Numbered from the stretch's first letter, positions 9,845 to 19,789 are shown. The stretch is DNA of 64,000 nucleotides from Clostridia bacterium (GCA_900765095.1 CAAFRB010000022.1:9109-73108); one strand, 5' to 3'. Notes: generated by a model from the sequence alone, not told the origin. Program-made: numbers and translations.

Positions 9845-11053
9845 TTACCTGCCTATTTTATACGAGAAACTAACCAGTTCATCCAAATAATTAATCAGAC
9901 TTTTCTTTTTAACTTCTTGATTTGAAAGCAGATTTTCACTGCCAATAAGTTCATCATTCAAATAGCAATTTATGCTTCCCACTTTTTCTTTGTATGCTAT
10001 TGGAGCAGAAACTTTCTCGTCATATATTATTTCTGTTCTAACATTTTTCTCTTCTCCTTTTGAAAGTAACGCCGTCAAATCATTTTCAACAACTACCTCA
10101 ACTTCTTTTTGCCTTGCCTTTTCAATTGGAATCGTTTCGATAACCTGATCTTTAGTTGCTAATACTTTGTTAGAAAAATTGGAAAAGCCATAATCTAACA
10201 ATTTCTTTGCATCATCGAATCTATTTTGACTCGTAGTTCCGTGAACCACCACACCAATAAGTTTTAAATCATTCCTCGTCGCAGTTGCCGACAAATTAAA
10301 TCCAGCCAAAGATGTTGAACCGGTCTTTAATCCCGTGCAACCTGCATAAAACCTCACAAGTTTATTTGTGTTCACTAATTGCGATTTTCCATCACGTAAT
10401 GAATCCATCCATATTTTCGTGTATTCATGAATCTTAGGATGATTTTTACTTAATTCTCTACTCATTAGTGCAATATCGTAAGCAGATGTCAAATGTCCGT
10501 CCTCATCTATTCCATGACAGTTTTTAAATGTCGTATCATTCATTCCTAATTCTTTTGCTTTCTCGTTCATCTTTTGAACAAACATTTCTTCGCTACCACC
10601 AATAAATTCTGCAATGGCAACAGAACAATCATTTGCAGAAACAACACATATAGCCTTAAGCATTTCGTGAACTGTTAATTGCTCTGTTTCATTAAGCCAT
10701 ATCTGTGAGCCGCCCATTTTTCGTGCCTTTTCACTACACGGTACTCTATCATCTAAAGATATTTCTCCCCTATCCAAAGCTTCCATCACCAGCAGCAAGG
10801 TCATTACTTTAGTGACACTAGCAGGTCTTAATCTAGCGTGCTCATTCTTTGCGTATAAAATAGTTCCACTGTTTTCATCTAATAATATTGCAGATTCAGA
10901 ATCTAGTTCCAATGTAGTTTTATTCTGTATCTGCGAAATTGTTTCTATCGAATCAGACCATGTAGGAATCTGTTCGTCTTGAAAATAAGCAAGTGACAAT
11001 ATAGGAATAAGCATAAATACTAAGCTTAATATTAAACATGTGATTTTTCGCAT
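9845..11053 (-). CDS. D-alanyl-D-alanine carboxypeptidase (PBP5/DacB/DacF-type serine peptidase S11)
   Basis: SxxK (ASVTK), SxN (SAND) and KTG (LKTGST) motifs plus the signal peptide MRKITCLILSLVFMLIPILSLA. I prefer the ATG at 11053, which follows GGGAGGGG, over the TTG at 11104. Confidence 0.88.
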   Translation of the reverse strand: MRKITCLILSLVFMLIPILSLAYFQDEQIPTWSDSIETISQIQNKTTLELDSESAILLDENSGTILYAKNEHARLRPASVTKVMTLLLVMEALDRGEISLDDRVPCSEKARKMGGSQIWLNETEQLTVHEMLKAICVVSANDCSVAIAEFIGGSEEMFVQKMNEKAKELGMNDTTFKNCHGIDEDGHLTSAYDIALMSRELSKNHPKIHEYTKIWMDSLRDGKSQLVNTNKLVRFYAGCTGLKTGSTSLAGFNLSATATRNDLKLIGVVVHGTTSQNRFDDAKKLLDYGFSNFSNKVLATKDQVIETIPIEKARQKEVEVVVENDLTALLSKGEEKNVRTEIIYDEKVSAPIAYKEKVGSINCYLNDELIGSENLLSNQEVKKKSLINYLDELVSFSYKIGR

Positions 11054-11267
11054 AAAACCCCTCCCATTCATTTGTATGATGTATGGCAGAATAATATTAT
11101 ACAAAATTCTAATTCATACAGGATTATTGCTTTTTTATGTAAAATACTATATAATATTAAGTGGTTAGACTAATTCCACATCATAAAAAGCGTGGAAAAA
11201 AATCAATAAAAAACGTAGATAAAACATTGTTGAAATTATATTTTGTTTTATTGGAAAGGATAATATA

Positions 11268-12347
11268 ATGTATAAAATAACCGTTATTATTCCGATTTAT
11301 AATGCTGAAAAATATTTTAGAGAGTGTCTTGAAAGTGTAGTAAATCAATCGATAGGCTTTGAAAATATTCAATTAGTTTTAGTTGATGATTGCTCTACAG
11401 ATGGTAGTAAGTCAATTGCTGAAGAATACGCACAAAAATATAAAAACATATCCGTATTTTCAACAGAGAAAAATACTGGCGTTGCTGGTCATGCAAGAAA
11501 TGTTGGTTTACAACATACCGAAGGAAAGTATGTTATGTTCACAGACGCCGATGATTTTTATGATTTAAAAGCGTGCGAAGAAATGTATAACTTTATAGAA
11601 GAAAAACAATCCGATTTTGTTACAGCAAATTATAAATATGCTGATGAAAACAGTACGCCATGGAATAACCCAATCTTCGATTACGATAAGTACCCTACTT
11701 TTAATTTAAGTACAGGAGATTTTATAAAGTCATTCTTTATTTTAAATTCTTCAGTTTGTAACAAAATATTTAGAAATGATTTTATAAAGAAAAACTCATT
11801 AAAATTTTTAGAAGGTGTGCCTGCTGAAGATGCTTATTTTACATACTCTTCTCTGATGAAGACAAGCAACATTTATTATAATCAAAAAGTTATTTACTAT
11901 TACAGAGTAAGAAATGCACCAAGTACATTATCTGTTTCATGGAACTGCTCAAAGAGTTACTTTGACAAAATTAATAGCGCTTATAAAAGTTTATATGAAT
12001 TATTTAAAAGCAACAATAGACTAGACTACTACAGATTCTTTTATGCTAAGAACTTAACATACATGCTATATAAATTCATAGATTCAAAGTGCATGAATTA
12101 CGAAGAAAAAATCGAAGTAATTTCAAATATGAGATGGTTCTATAAACTAAGTCCTGAGTTAAAAGTGCCAGCTTGTCAAAAGTCATTAGAAGTTTTAATT
12201 AATAAAATTATAGAAGGTGAATATAAAGACTTTGTTGATGTATGTAATGTAATTGCCGACATAAGATCTTACCTACCAAAAGACGTAAGAGAAAAAATGT
12301 CAAAGCCATCAACGGAATTTTACGAAGCTTTATCAATGTCGAAATAA
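11268..12347 (+). CDS. family 2 glycosyltransferase
   Basis: Classic GT2 N-terminus: ITVIIPIYNAEKYFRECLESVVNQS…LVDDCSTDGS…DADD. Confidence 0.88.
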   Translation: MYKITVIIPIYNAEKYFRECLESVVNQSIGFENIQLVLVDDCSTDGSKSIAEEYAQKYKNISVFSTEKNTGVAGHARNVGLQHTEGKYVMFTDADDFYDLKACEEMYNFIEEKQSDFVTANYKYADENSTPWNNPIFDYDKYPTFNLSTGDFIKSFFILNSSVCNKIFRNDFIKKNSLKFLEGVPAEDAYFTYSSLMKTSNIYYNQKVIYYYRVRNAPSTLSVSWNCSKSYFDKINSAYKSLYELFKSNNRLDYYRFFYAKNLTYMLYKFIDSKCMNYEEKIEVISNMRWFYKLSPELKVPACQKSLEVLINKIIEGEYKDFVDVCNVIADIRSYLPKDVREKMSKPSTEFYEALSMSK

Positions 12348-12360
12348 ATAATCATATATG

Positions 12361-12397
12361 CCCTAACACCTACCCAAGTGTTAGGGTATTATTTTTT
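12361..12397 (+). terminator. rho-independent terminator of the GT2 gene
   Basis: ccctaacac-ctacccaa-gtgttaggg followed by tattatttttt. Confidence 0.75.
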
Positions 12398-12472
12398 AAT
12401 AAATCTTGCCTTTCTATAAAAATAACTAATTACTAATAAAACGATTTGTGTCAAAAATACTCGCATAACAAA

Positions 12473-12506
12473 ATAGAGCAATTAAATAAAAATCTAATTG
12501 CTCTAT
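12473..12506 (-). terminator. hairpin downstream of the HdeD-like gene
   Basis: atagagcaatt-(12 nt)-aattgctctat with flanking A/T runs. Confidence 0.5.
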
Positions 12507-12525
12507 TTTAGATAGTTTGTTTTTA

Positions 12526-13086
12526 TTAATATCTATTGATATCAATCATAAATAATATTCCGTTTATTATATCGATTACCGCATAACAAATCATTATGAT
12601 ACCTAAAGTAACTTCGATAATTCCTGCAAATGACATTATATATAAACCTGCTAATACCATTAGGACAGCTGAAACTAGTATTACCCACCAGTTTTTAACT
12701 TCAAAGCCCTTTAACTTTATTGCAGTTGTTCCTCTTATTAGTCCACTATACATTAGCCAAATCGCTATTGCTATTCTAAACAATGTATTTATAAATGAAT
12801 ATTGAGTTATAAATACAACACCAATTATTATTGCTATAATTCCAAATACTAAATCATAGTTGAAAAAGTCTTCGTTTCCTTTTTCAACAAAATAGTTAAT
12901 TACTTTTAAAATACCAACTAATACAAATATTCCGCCAGCAATATAAGAAAACGTTAATTTAATTGCTTCTGGATTTTTCACAAAAAGTATTCCTATAATT
13001 AAAAATACTATTGCCGCTAATATTGATTCCATAGCATCCTTCTTTAAATACTTTTTCAAGTATTTTGTTACATCTGTTTCTCCCAT
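12526..13086 (-). CDS. HdeD/DUF308-family small membrane protein
   Basis: 186 aa with about six hydrophobic helices and the repeated G-rich helix pattern typical of DUF308. RBS is AGAGGAGGAA. Confidence 0.55.
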   Translation of the reverse strand: MGETDVTKYLKKYLKKDAMESILAAIVFLIIGILFVKNPEAIKLTFSYIAGGIFVLVGILKVINYFVEKGNEDFFNYDLVFGIIAIIIGVVFITQYSFINTLFRIAIAIWLMYSGLIRGTTAIKLKGFEVKNWWVILVSAVLMVLAGLYIMSFAGIIEVTLGIIMICYAVIDIINGILFMIDINRY

Positions 13087-13119
13087 AAATAATTCCTCCT
13101 CTTAGAATTTTAATATATT

Positions 13120-13185
13120 TTATACAATAGGAAAGTAATAAATTTGCAACTTATCTTGTGTTAATTTTCTTTCCTATCATGTAAA
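13120..13185 (-). repeat. intergenic repeat family, 'tatacaataggaaag' hairpin module only
   Basis: tatacaataggaaagtaataaatttgcaac…ttctttcctatcatgta. Near-identical to 61976-62045. Confidence 0.8.
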
Positions 13186-13205
13186 ATCTTTAAACTATTA
13201 TTAAA

Positions 13206-15221
13206 TTAAAATATCTTTTTAATCCATCCAAACATCATATCTAGTACGGCTAATACTCTGTCCCAGAATGTTGTTTTAGTTTGATTTGCTTCTAAATCTT
13301 CTCCCAACTCTTTTAATTTCTTAATATCGGGAGTTTTTACAATGAATTGTACTTGTTCTATATTTTCATTTCTTTCATCACCGAATGAAACGACCTTAGC
13401 ATCTTTTTCAGCTTCAAATAATGTTGTTTCATCGTCTATCTTGTTCCAGCTATTATCAACAACGTTTTTAATCTTATCTTTTGAAGTTTTAAATTGGTTC
13501 GTTTGAGAAGTAATCGTTTGCAATTGTTTTGTTAATGAAAGCATTGCATCAGCTGTCTTATCACTACCCTCATATATGTCTGAGCTTATTATTTTCAAGC
13601 CACTATTTATATTATCAACCATATTCAAGCTTAATCTTGTCATATCAGTTAGTTGACTAACTATGGATTTAGTGTTTTCATTCATTACTTTAAAGTCGCC
13701 CTTGTTTTCTAATATTTTATCACAATAATCTACTGATGTACCAACTATTTTCTCAAGAGAATAAGAAGTATCACTTAAGTCCTTCATGAATTCTTTTAGA
13801 ACTTTAGCATCTTGTTCACTAATTATTTTTCTTACTTCGCTTAATTCATCTGAAACATTATTTAAGTCTTTGACTAAAAGTGTAACGTTCTTTTGAATTG
13901 TTTCTGAAGTTGATATCTTATCTATTGTTTCCAAAATATTAGCAGATGATTTTACGATTGATCCTAAGTACATTTTTGTTTCATCATCTTCAACTTTTTG
14001 AACCAATACAGATGAAGCTTTTATTATGTTCTCCAAATTTGCTTTTATACTGCTTGTATCTATCTTTGAAGTGTTAGTAATAAGTGTAGCTAAGTCCTTT
14101 GTCAAGCTAGATAAGTCGCTTATTAAACTTTTAATCTCTCTTACATCAGAAGGAAGATCATCAGCTTTTTCAGCTAAATAATCTAATGATTCATTTAAGT
14201 CACTTAAGTCATCCTGTAAAGATTTCATGTTGTCATTTAATTCTGTCCCCATCTCAACAAGAATGTCATAATTCTTTTCTAAGTTTTCTATATCTTTTTG
14301 AATACTTTCTGTCAAAGGCAATAATTTATTCAAGATGTTTTTCAAAGCTTCGATATCTTCATCTCTTGCACCACTTAATCCGTGTAGACTAGCTGTTCCA
14401 TTCTTTATTTGAGTAACACCACTTGATATTCCATTTAATCCATTATTCATTCCACTTAATGAACTTAAGATTATATCAGTACTTGCATTTATAGAGTCTA
14501 AAGCATCATGGACATCTCGCCTATCATCTACTAAATCGGAAACCGTGTCTAAGATATCTCCGTTTAGTGCAACCATTGCCATTGTTATTCCGTCCATCTC
14601 AAAGTCTTCAGTTCCAAGTTCAATGTTCAATGTTGTACTTTGACCTGGTAATACTATAAACATCAATGTCCTATTATTTCCTGTGTCTGTAATCATAGCT
14701 TCAGAAGACTCTACACTTAAGTATTTGCTCATATCATAAGAAGCTGTAACTTCCAATATGTAATTATTTCTATAATATGACTTGCATTTTTCATTTGCTG
14801 TAAAATCAATCGTAATCTTAACTAAACAACTCTTTCCTAAAAGGTCTTCTGGTTTTACCTCAACACCATTAAGTTTATATGAAATCTTAAAAGTCCAAGG
14901 AATCAAGTCATAATATTCACTTCCAACAGTACCTGTATAAGAAAACTCTCTTTCACCACTAACATCCCATATTATCTCATCACCACTTTTGGTGTATGTA
15001 TTTCTATTTGAAAGATTGCTTACTACATCATAATTTGTGTAATCTATAATTTCTGTTGAACCGTTTACAATACACTTGTTATATACATTTATTTTTTCAA
15101 CATCGCCATAGTCACCTAAATTTATATATACTGTTTCGTTTTTCTTTTGTATAGGCATAGCATAGCAGAAACTGCTAAATAAAATTGTTATGGCTAGTAT
15201 GCTAGCAATACATCTTTTCAT
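13206..15221 (-). CDS. exported coiled-coil protein with YhgE/Pip-like Gly/Asn repeats and a C-terminal hydrophobic anchor
   Basis: Signal peptide MKRCIASILAITILFSSFCYA, central heptad-rich region (…SGMNNGLNGISSGVTQIKNGTASLHGLSG…), C-terminus FWDRVLAVLDMMFGWIKKIF. Its start overlaps the MMPL stop by 4 nt. Confidence 0.5.
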   Translation of the reverse strand: MKRCIASILAITILFSSFCYAMPIQKKNETVYINLGDYGDVEKINVYNKCIVNGSTEIIDYTNYDVVSNLSNRNTYTKSGDEIIWDVSGEREFSYTGTVGSEYYDLIPWTFKISYKLNGVEVKPEDLLGKSCLVKITIDFTANEKCKSYYRNNYILEVTASYDMSKYLSVESSEAMITDTGNNRTLMFIVLPGQSTTLNIELGTEDFEMDGITMAMVALNGDILDTVSDLVDDRRDVHDALDSINASTDIILSSLSGMNNGLNGISSGVTQIKNGTASLHGLSGARDEDIEALKNILNKLLPLTESIQKDIENLEKNYDILVEMGTELNDNMKSLQDDLSDLNESLDYLAEKADDLPSDVREIKSLISDLSSLTKDLATLITNTSKIDTSSIKANLENIIKASSVLVQKVEDDETKMYLGSIVKSSANILETIDKISTSETIQKNVTLLVKDLNNVSDELSEVRKIISEQDAKVLKEFMKDLSDTSYSLEKIVGTSVDYCDKILENKGDFKVMNENTKSIVSQLTDMTRLSLNMVDNINSGLKIISSDIYEGSDKTADAMLSLTKQLQTITSQTNQFKTSKDKIKNVVDNSWNKIDDETTLFEAEKDAKVVSFGDERNENIEQVQFIVKTPDIKKLKELGEDLEANQTKTTFWDRVLAVLDMMFGWIKKIF

Positions 15222-17533
15222 TGCTTATTACTTCCTTTCTTCTTTGAATCGTTTTTTGACGCTTTATGATTTTTGTGTTTTGTATTTGAGTTATTCTTTG
15301 ATATTTCAATATTTTTTGCATTTTCATTTATGTTATCACTTGATACATTAGCGTTTTTCGTTTCAACATTTTGCGCACTCTCATTTGATCTTTCTGTTTT
15401 TATATCGTTTTTCTTATTCGATTCTTTATTTAATTTCTTTTCTCTTCTTTCTTGTATTTTCTTTCTAAGCTTCTTTATCCTATCTGCTTTTATTGTTGAT
15501 TTATAAATTAGGCTATCAAATATTACTAACACGTGTGGTAAGAAGAATATTACCAAGAACATACTAAGAAGTGTTCCTCTACCTATTAGCTCACCAATTT
15601 CTGATATTGCATTTATACTCGAATTAAACTTTATTAAGTAAGCTGCACATGTCAATATACCACCCGATGTTAATATTGAAGGTATACTACGTTTCACAGC
15701 TAATTGCGAAGCTGTAACTTTGTCATTAGTCTTTCTTTCCTCCATGTAGTTATTAGTAAATAAAATTGCATAGTCTATTGTAGCACCTAATTGTATTGAA
15801 CTTACTATTAAATATCCCAAGAACATCATAGATTGACCTGAGAAATATGGTATAGCCATATTTATAAATATTCCGCTTTCGATTACCACAATAAGTACGA
15901 AAGGTAATACCCTAGATCTAAATGTAAATAGTAATATCAATAACACAAGCCCTATTGATAATAAATTAACTGTATTATAATCCTTATTAACCACATCTCT
16001 TATATTCATAGTTATTGGAATAACACCAGTCATTTCATAAGAATCTCCGTAATACTTACTTACAATCTCTCGAATAGTTGTTATAGAGTTAAAAGCAAGG
16101 TCACTTTCAGAAGATGTCTTTAAATATATAAGCAATCTTGAATAGTTCTTACTTCTAAATTTTTGATATGTATCAGTAGGAACAAAGCTATCTGGAATTC
16201 CTTCATCTACCAAGTTTGCAAGTGATTGCACCTTCTTTACAACTTCAAGACCTTCTATCTCTTCTGCCAATTCTTTTTCACTTATATAATCACCAACTGG
16301 AACCAAAACAATTATAGGATTGCTTCTTCCAAATTTACTTACAATTGCTTTTTCATCTTCATACACTTTCGTGCCTTCTCCTCCACCAAATGAAGCAGAA
16401 CCATATAAGAACACATTTTGTTTTTGTGCAACATAAGATGGAACTGTTACGATAACGACAAGTGCTATTACTAAATAAGATATTTTATTCATAGCTTTTG
16501 CAAACTTTCCAAAGTCTGGTATAAGTGATTTATGACGAGTCTTTTCTATCCAAGGATAGAACTTTATAATAAGACATGGCATAAACAAAATTACTGATAA
16601 TAGACTAAATACAATACCTTTTGCGAATACAAGTCCCATATCTTTACCAATAGTAAATCCCATAAATACCAACGCTAAGAAGCCAGCAACAGTTGTAAGA
16701 GCACTTGAAGTAATTGAAGTACATGATGCCTTTATTGTTCTTACCATAGCTTCTTCAATATCTGTCTTATCTTCAGCTTCAAATCTATGAAGCATAAATA
16801 CCGAATAGTCCATTGAAACAGCCAATTGTAAAGCTGCAACAATACTATATGTTAAAAATGAAACATGCTTAAATATAACGTTAGTACCCATATTAAGGAA
16901 TATTGATGCGCCTATTACTGCCATAAATAATAATGGTGATAAATAAGAATCAGTAGTCAATATCAATATAACAATTACAACTGGTACCAATATTATCATT
17001 ATCTTGCTAATCTCTGTTTGTACGGTATCTTGTGCAGATTTTGTGTCTACCGCAGAACCTATTATGTTGCTATCCTCTGGAAGTATCTTTTGAATCTCTT
17101 CAACAGCTGCATTTGTTCTTGATGAATACTCATCTTCATCAAACATTATTTCAAATATCGCAGAGCCGTCTTTATAATATTCTTCCAACAAATCCTGAGA
17201 TATGAAGTCTAGCGGTCTGTATATATCAATATCATCGTCTAGCCACATTACTAAATCTACGCCGTCTACCTTTTCTATTTGATTCTTATACTCTTTAGCT
17301 TCAACCAAGCTAACGTTATTCACCATCGCTCTAGCAAAGCATTGCATCGAGAATTCTTCTTCAACTATATTAAGACCTCGTTTTGCATCCTCATCATCTG
17401 GAACATATTCTGATAAATCATAGTTGATTTTAACCAATGGCATAAGCATCAAACTTATAACAACTGCTATAATAAATCCTATTCCTATTTTGTTTCTATT
17501 TTTCACAATAAATCTTGCTAAATTATCTAACAT
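15218..17533 (-). CDS. MMPL/RND-superfamily transporter with a ~100-aa Lys/Asn-rich C-terminal tail
   Basis: Two blocks of about six TM helices, each preceded by a soluble loop. The tail is KKLRKKIQERREKKLNKESNKKNDIK…KKKGSNKQ. The gene overlaps the TetR gene by 7 nt. Confidence 0.8.
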   Translation of the reverse strand: MLDNLARFIVKNRNKIGIGFIIAVVISLMLMPLVKINYDLSEYVPDDEDAKRGLNIVEEEFSMQCFARAMVNNVSLVEAKEYKNQIEKVDGVDLVMWLDDDIDIYRPLDFISQDLLEEYYKDGSAIFEIMFDEDEYSSRTNAAVEEIQKILPEDSNIIGSAVDTKSAQDTVQTEISKIMIILVPVVIVILILTTDSYLSPLLFMAVIGASIFLNMGTNVIFKHVSFLTYSIVAALQLAVSMDYSVFMLHRFEAEDKTDIEEAMVRTIKASCTSITSSALTTVAGFLALVFMGFTIGKDMGLVFAKGIVFSLLSVILFMPCLIIKFYPWIEKTRHKSLIPDFGKFAKAMNKISYLVIALVVIVTVPSYVAQKQNVFLYGSASFGGGEGTKVYEDEKAIVSKFGRSNPIIVLVPVGDYISEKELAEEIEGLEVVKKVQSLANLVDEGIPDSFVPTDTYQKFRSKNYSRLLIYLKTSSESDLAFNSITTIREIVSKYYGDSYEMTGVIPITMNIRDVVNKDYNTVNLLSIGLVLLILLFTFRSRVLPFVLIVVIESGIFINMAIPYFSGQSMMFLGYLIVSSIQLGATIDYAILFTNNYMEERKTNDKVTASQLAVKRSIPSILTSGGILTCAAYLIKFNSSINAISEIGELIGRGTLLSMFLVIFFLPHVLVIFDSLIYKSTIKADRIKKLRKKIQERREKKLNKESNKKNDIKTERSNESAQNVETKNANVSSDNINENAKNIEISKNNSNTKHKNHKASKNDSKKKGSNKQ

Positions 17534-18126
17534 TTTTTAACCACTTCCATAAATCTAACGTCCAAATTTTCTATCATTAGTTTTTCATATATTTTCAAAT
17601 TCTTCTTCATTTGTTCTATATCATCAATATTACTCTTGACAATGTAAGTAAATCCCTCAAAGTGTGCCTTTGAAATCGCTTCACAGAGCGAATGATCAAC
17701 ATCCTCCGATGTGAAACTTCTGGCAATCGATTCAATTTTATCAACAAACATATTAAGCACTTTATTTTTAAACTCAAGGTACTGCTTTTCATTATCGCAC
17801 GTAAGCATAACCTTCAAAGTGTCTTTTTTAGTTTTGGCAATGTTCACGGTCATATCGATAAGCATATCAAATAGTTCATTAGGCTTTATCTCCTCTAGCC
17901 TAGTAGGAACTTTGTTGAAAAAACCTTCAATTTCAATTTCGAGTTCTTTAACAATCTCACCATATAAATGACTTTTTGTCAGGAAGTATCTATAAATATT
18001 TCCCGTGCTAATCCCCACATCTTCAGCAATGTCTTTCATAGAAGTATTGGCATAGCCATCTTTTTTGAACTTTCTTTTTCCCACTTCAATTATCTTTTGT
18101 TTTATATCTTCTTTTAATATTTGCAT
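17527..18126 (-). CDS. TetR/AcrR-family transcriptional regulator
   Basis: N-terminal HTH: GYANTSMKDIAEDVGISTGNIYRYF. I prefer the ATG at 18126, 7 nt after AAGAGG, over the GTG at 18171. Confidence 0.85.
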   Translation of the reverse strand: MQILKEDIKQKIIEVGKRKFKKDGYANTSMKDIAEDVGISTGNIYRYFLTKSHLYGEIVKELEIEIEGFFNKVPTRLEEIKPNELFDMLIDMTVNIAKTKKDTLKVMLTCDNEKQYLEFKNKVLNMFVDKIESIARSFTSEDVDHSLCEAISKAHFEGFTYIVKSNIDDIEQMKKNLKIYEKLMIENLDVRFMEVVKKC

Positions 18127-18170
18127 GTAATCGCCTCTTTTTTGCAGTTCCAATAATAAATATTTATTCA

Positions 18171-18211
18171 CTATTGAAAATATTACTACTTTTAGTACAA
18201 ATTGTCAATAG
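18171..18211 (-). promoter_or_regulatory. sigma-A-type promoter of the TetR-MMPL operon embedded in an inverted repeat (candidate TetR operator)
   Basis: Minus strand reads CTATTGACAAT-ttgtactaaaagtagtaat-ATTTTCAATAG. TTGACA (18203-18208) and TAATAT (18180-18185) are separated by 17 nt, and the 11-nt arms flank both hexamers. Confidence 0.5.
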
Positions 18212-18239
18212 TAAATTACAATTCATTTTTATTTTTTAT

Positions 18240-18440
18240 GGAGCACACTGTGCTCCGCTACGAATTTTGTGTATTGTTCAAGAAAGAATGAAAATCAAAG
18301 ATTTTCATTCTTTCGACCCTCGAGAGTTTTCGACTGAAAGGAAGAAAATCTCTCGCATAGAATAAAGTTTTTATACAATAGGAAAGAAAATTAATACATA
18401 AAAAGTTTCAAATTTGTTACTTTTCTATTGTATAAAAAAT
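18240..18440 (+). repeat. intergenic multi-hairpin repeat, full-length archetype (modules A-D)
   Basis: Module A: ggagcacactgtgctccgctacgaattttgt. Module B: gaaagaatgaaaatc-aaa-gattttcattctttc. Module C: cgagagttttc…gaaaatctctcg. Module D: tatacaataggaaag…cttttctattgtata. Confidence 0.85.
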
Positions 18441-18470
18441 AACTGCCAAATATTTTCATACTTAGCAGTT
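18441..18470 (-). terminator. probable hisS terminator
   Basis: Minus strand reads aactgc-(18 nt)-gcagtt followed by atttttta. Confidence 0.4.
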
Positions 18471-18478
18471 ACTTTTCT

Positions 18479-19789
18479 TTATTTTCTATTCTTCTTTATT
18501 TCTTCAACTAGATCGTTCATATCAATTGTCTTATTTTCCCCAATTGACAAGTCTTTTAGCACTACAGTACCAGCTTTAACCTCATCTTCTCCAAGTATTA
18601 TCGCATAATCATACTTTTCATCTGCCGCATACTTCATTTGCTTTGAAAGTTTCTTTTCATCTGTATAAATTGTAGCAGCAATGTCGTTATCTCTTAATAG
18701 CTTAGAAACCTTCAAATACTCTGCATAAGGTACTTCTGGGAATCTTGTAATAAGTACTCTTGGCATACTCGCTCTTAGTTCTGGCACTAGATTATGTGAT
18801 ACTAGGAAGTTTTCTAATGTAACATCACCAAAGCCAAAACCAACTCCAGATACGTTTGAATTCTCAACGAATAGATTTACAAGATTATCATATCTTCCGC
18901 CACCAAACATAGCTCTGTTGTTATTTATGTCATTATCATACACTTCAAATACTGTACCCGTATAATAATCTAATCCTCTTATAATTGAAAAGTCAAATTC
19001 GCAAAAGCTACTCATACCAGCTTCTTTAATTAAACCAAATAAGCCTTTTAACTCCATTGCTCCTTGAGATTCTGGGCATAAAGCTATCATCTCGTCTAAA
19101 CTCAATGTAAAGAAAGAATTCAATTTCTTAATCTTTTCCTCATTCAAGCCAAGCTCTGCAAGGTATTCTTGAAAGCTTTCGTCTGACATTTTGTGTTTTT
19201 TATCTATTGCTTTTGATACTTTTCTTGCGCCTTCTTTATCTAATCCTAAGTATGTTTCAAATAAATCGTTGTAAAATCTTCTATTATTAATCTTTATAGT
19301 AAACATAGACTCATCTGCACCGAACGATTTTAGTAGTTCAGAAGCAACCATTAATAATTCTAAGTCTGTTTCTATCGCATCAGAACCAAACATGTCTACG
19401 TTAACTTGCCAGTGCTCTCTAAGTCTTCCTCTTTGTGGTTTCTCATATCTATATAAGTTAGGAATACTAAACCATCTAAGAGGCATATTAAGTGAACCTA
19501 GCTTTGCGGCAACCATTCTAGCTACTGTAGGAGTCATCTCTGGACGTACAGCAAGCATTCTTCCACCATTATCTTCAAAGTGGTAAGTTTGCTCATTTAC
19601 AATCTCTTCTCCGCTTTTTGCCACATATAAATCATAAGATTCAAGCATTGGACCACCATATTCTCTATAATTAAATTTGTGCAATGTTTCTTTTATTACT
19701 CCAAAAAACCAGTTACGTAAATCCATATCTTCTGGATAAAAGTCCCTTGTTCCTTTATAAGGTTGAACTGACAATAATTTTTTTCCCAT
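18479..19789 (-). CDS. hisS: histidine--tRNA ligase
   Basis: Class II aaRS motifs: GTRDFYPED, RPEMTPTVAR, YRYEKPQRGRLREHWQ, GGGRYDNL. Confidence 0.95.
   Translation of the reverse strand: MGKKLLSVQPYKGTRDFYPEDMDLRNWFFGVIKETLHKFNYREYGGPMLESYDLYVAKSGEEIVNEQTYHFEDNGGRMLAVRPEMTPTVARMVAAKLGSLNMPLRWFSIPNLYRYEKPQRGRLREHWQVNVDMFGSDAIETDLELLMVASELLKSFGADESMFTIKINNRRFYNDLFETYLGLDKEGARKVSKAIDKKHKMSDESFQEYLAELGLNEEKIKKLNSFFTLSLDEMIALCPESQGAMELKGLFGLIKEAGMSSFCEFDFSIIRGLDYYTGTVFEVYDNDINNNRAMFGGGRYDNLVNLFVENSNVSGVGFGFGDVTLENFLVSHNLVPELRASMPRVLITRFPEVPYAEYLKVSKLLRDNDIAATIYTDEKKLSKQMKYAADEKYDYAIILGEDEVKAGTVVLKDLSIGENKTIDMNDLVEEIKKNRK

Noticed and set aside
11181-11372. Small ORFs at 11181-11372 (-), 3415-3615 (-), 18174-18365 (+), 25286-25480 (+), 33576-33776 (+) and 46173-46433 (+).
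   Set aside because: They overlap better-supported genes, repeats or promoter regions. They lack an SD and have implausible low-complexity products.
18239-18292. Mini-ORFs within the repeat family: MEH(T/I)VLRYE… starting at module A, and MREIFFLSVENSRGSKE on the opposite strand of modules B/C.
   Set aside because: There is no SD upstream. The inverted module-A copy at 43613-43639 and the decayed copy at 33753-33846 carry early stop codons while keeping the hairpin pairing, so conservation fits DNA/RNA structure rather than coding.
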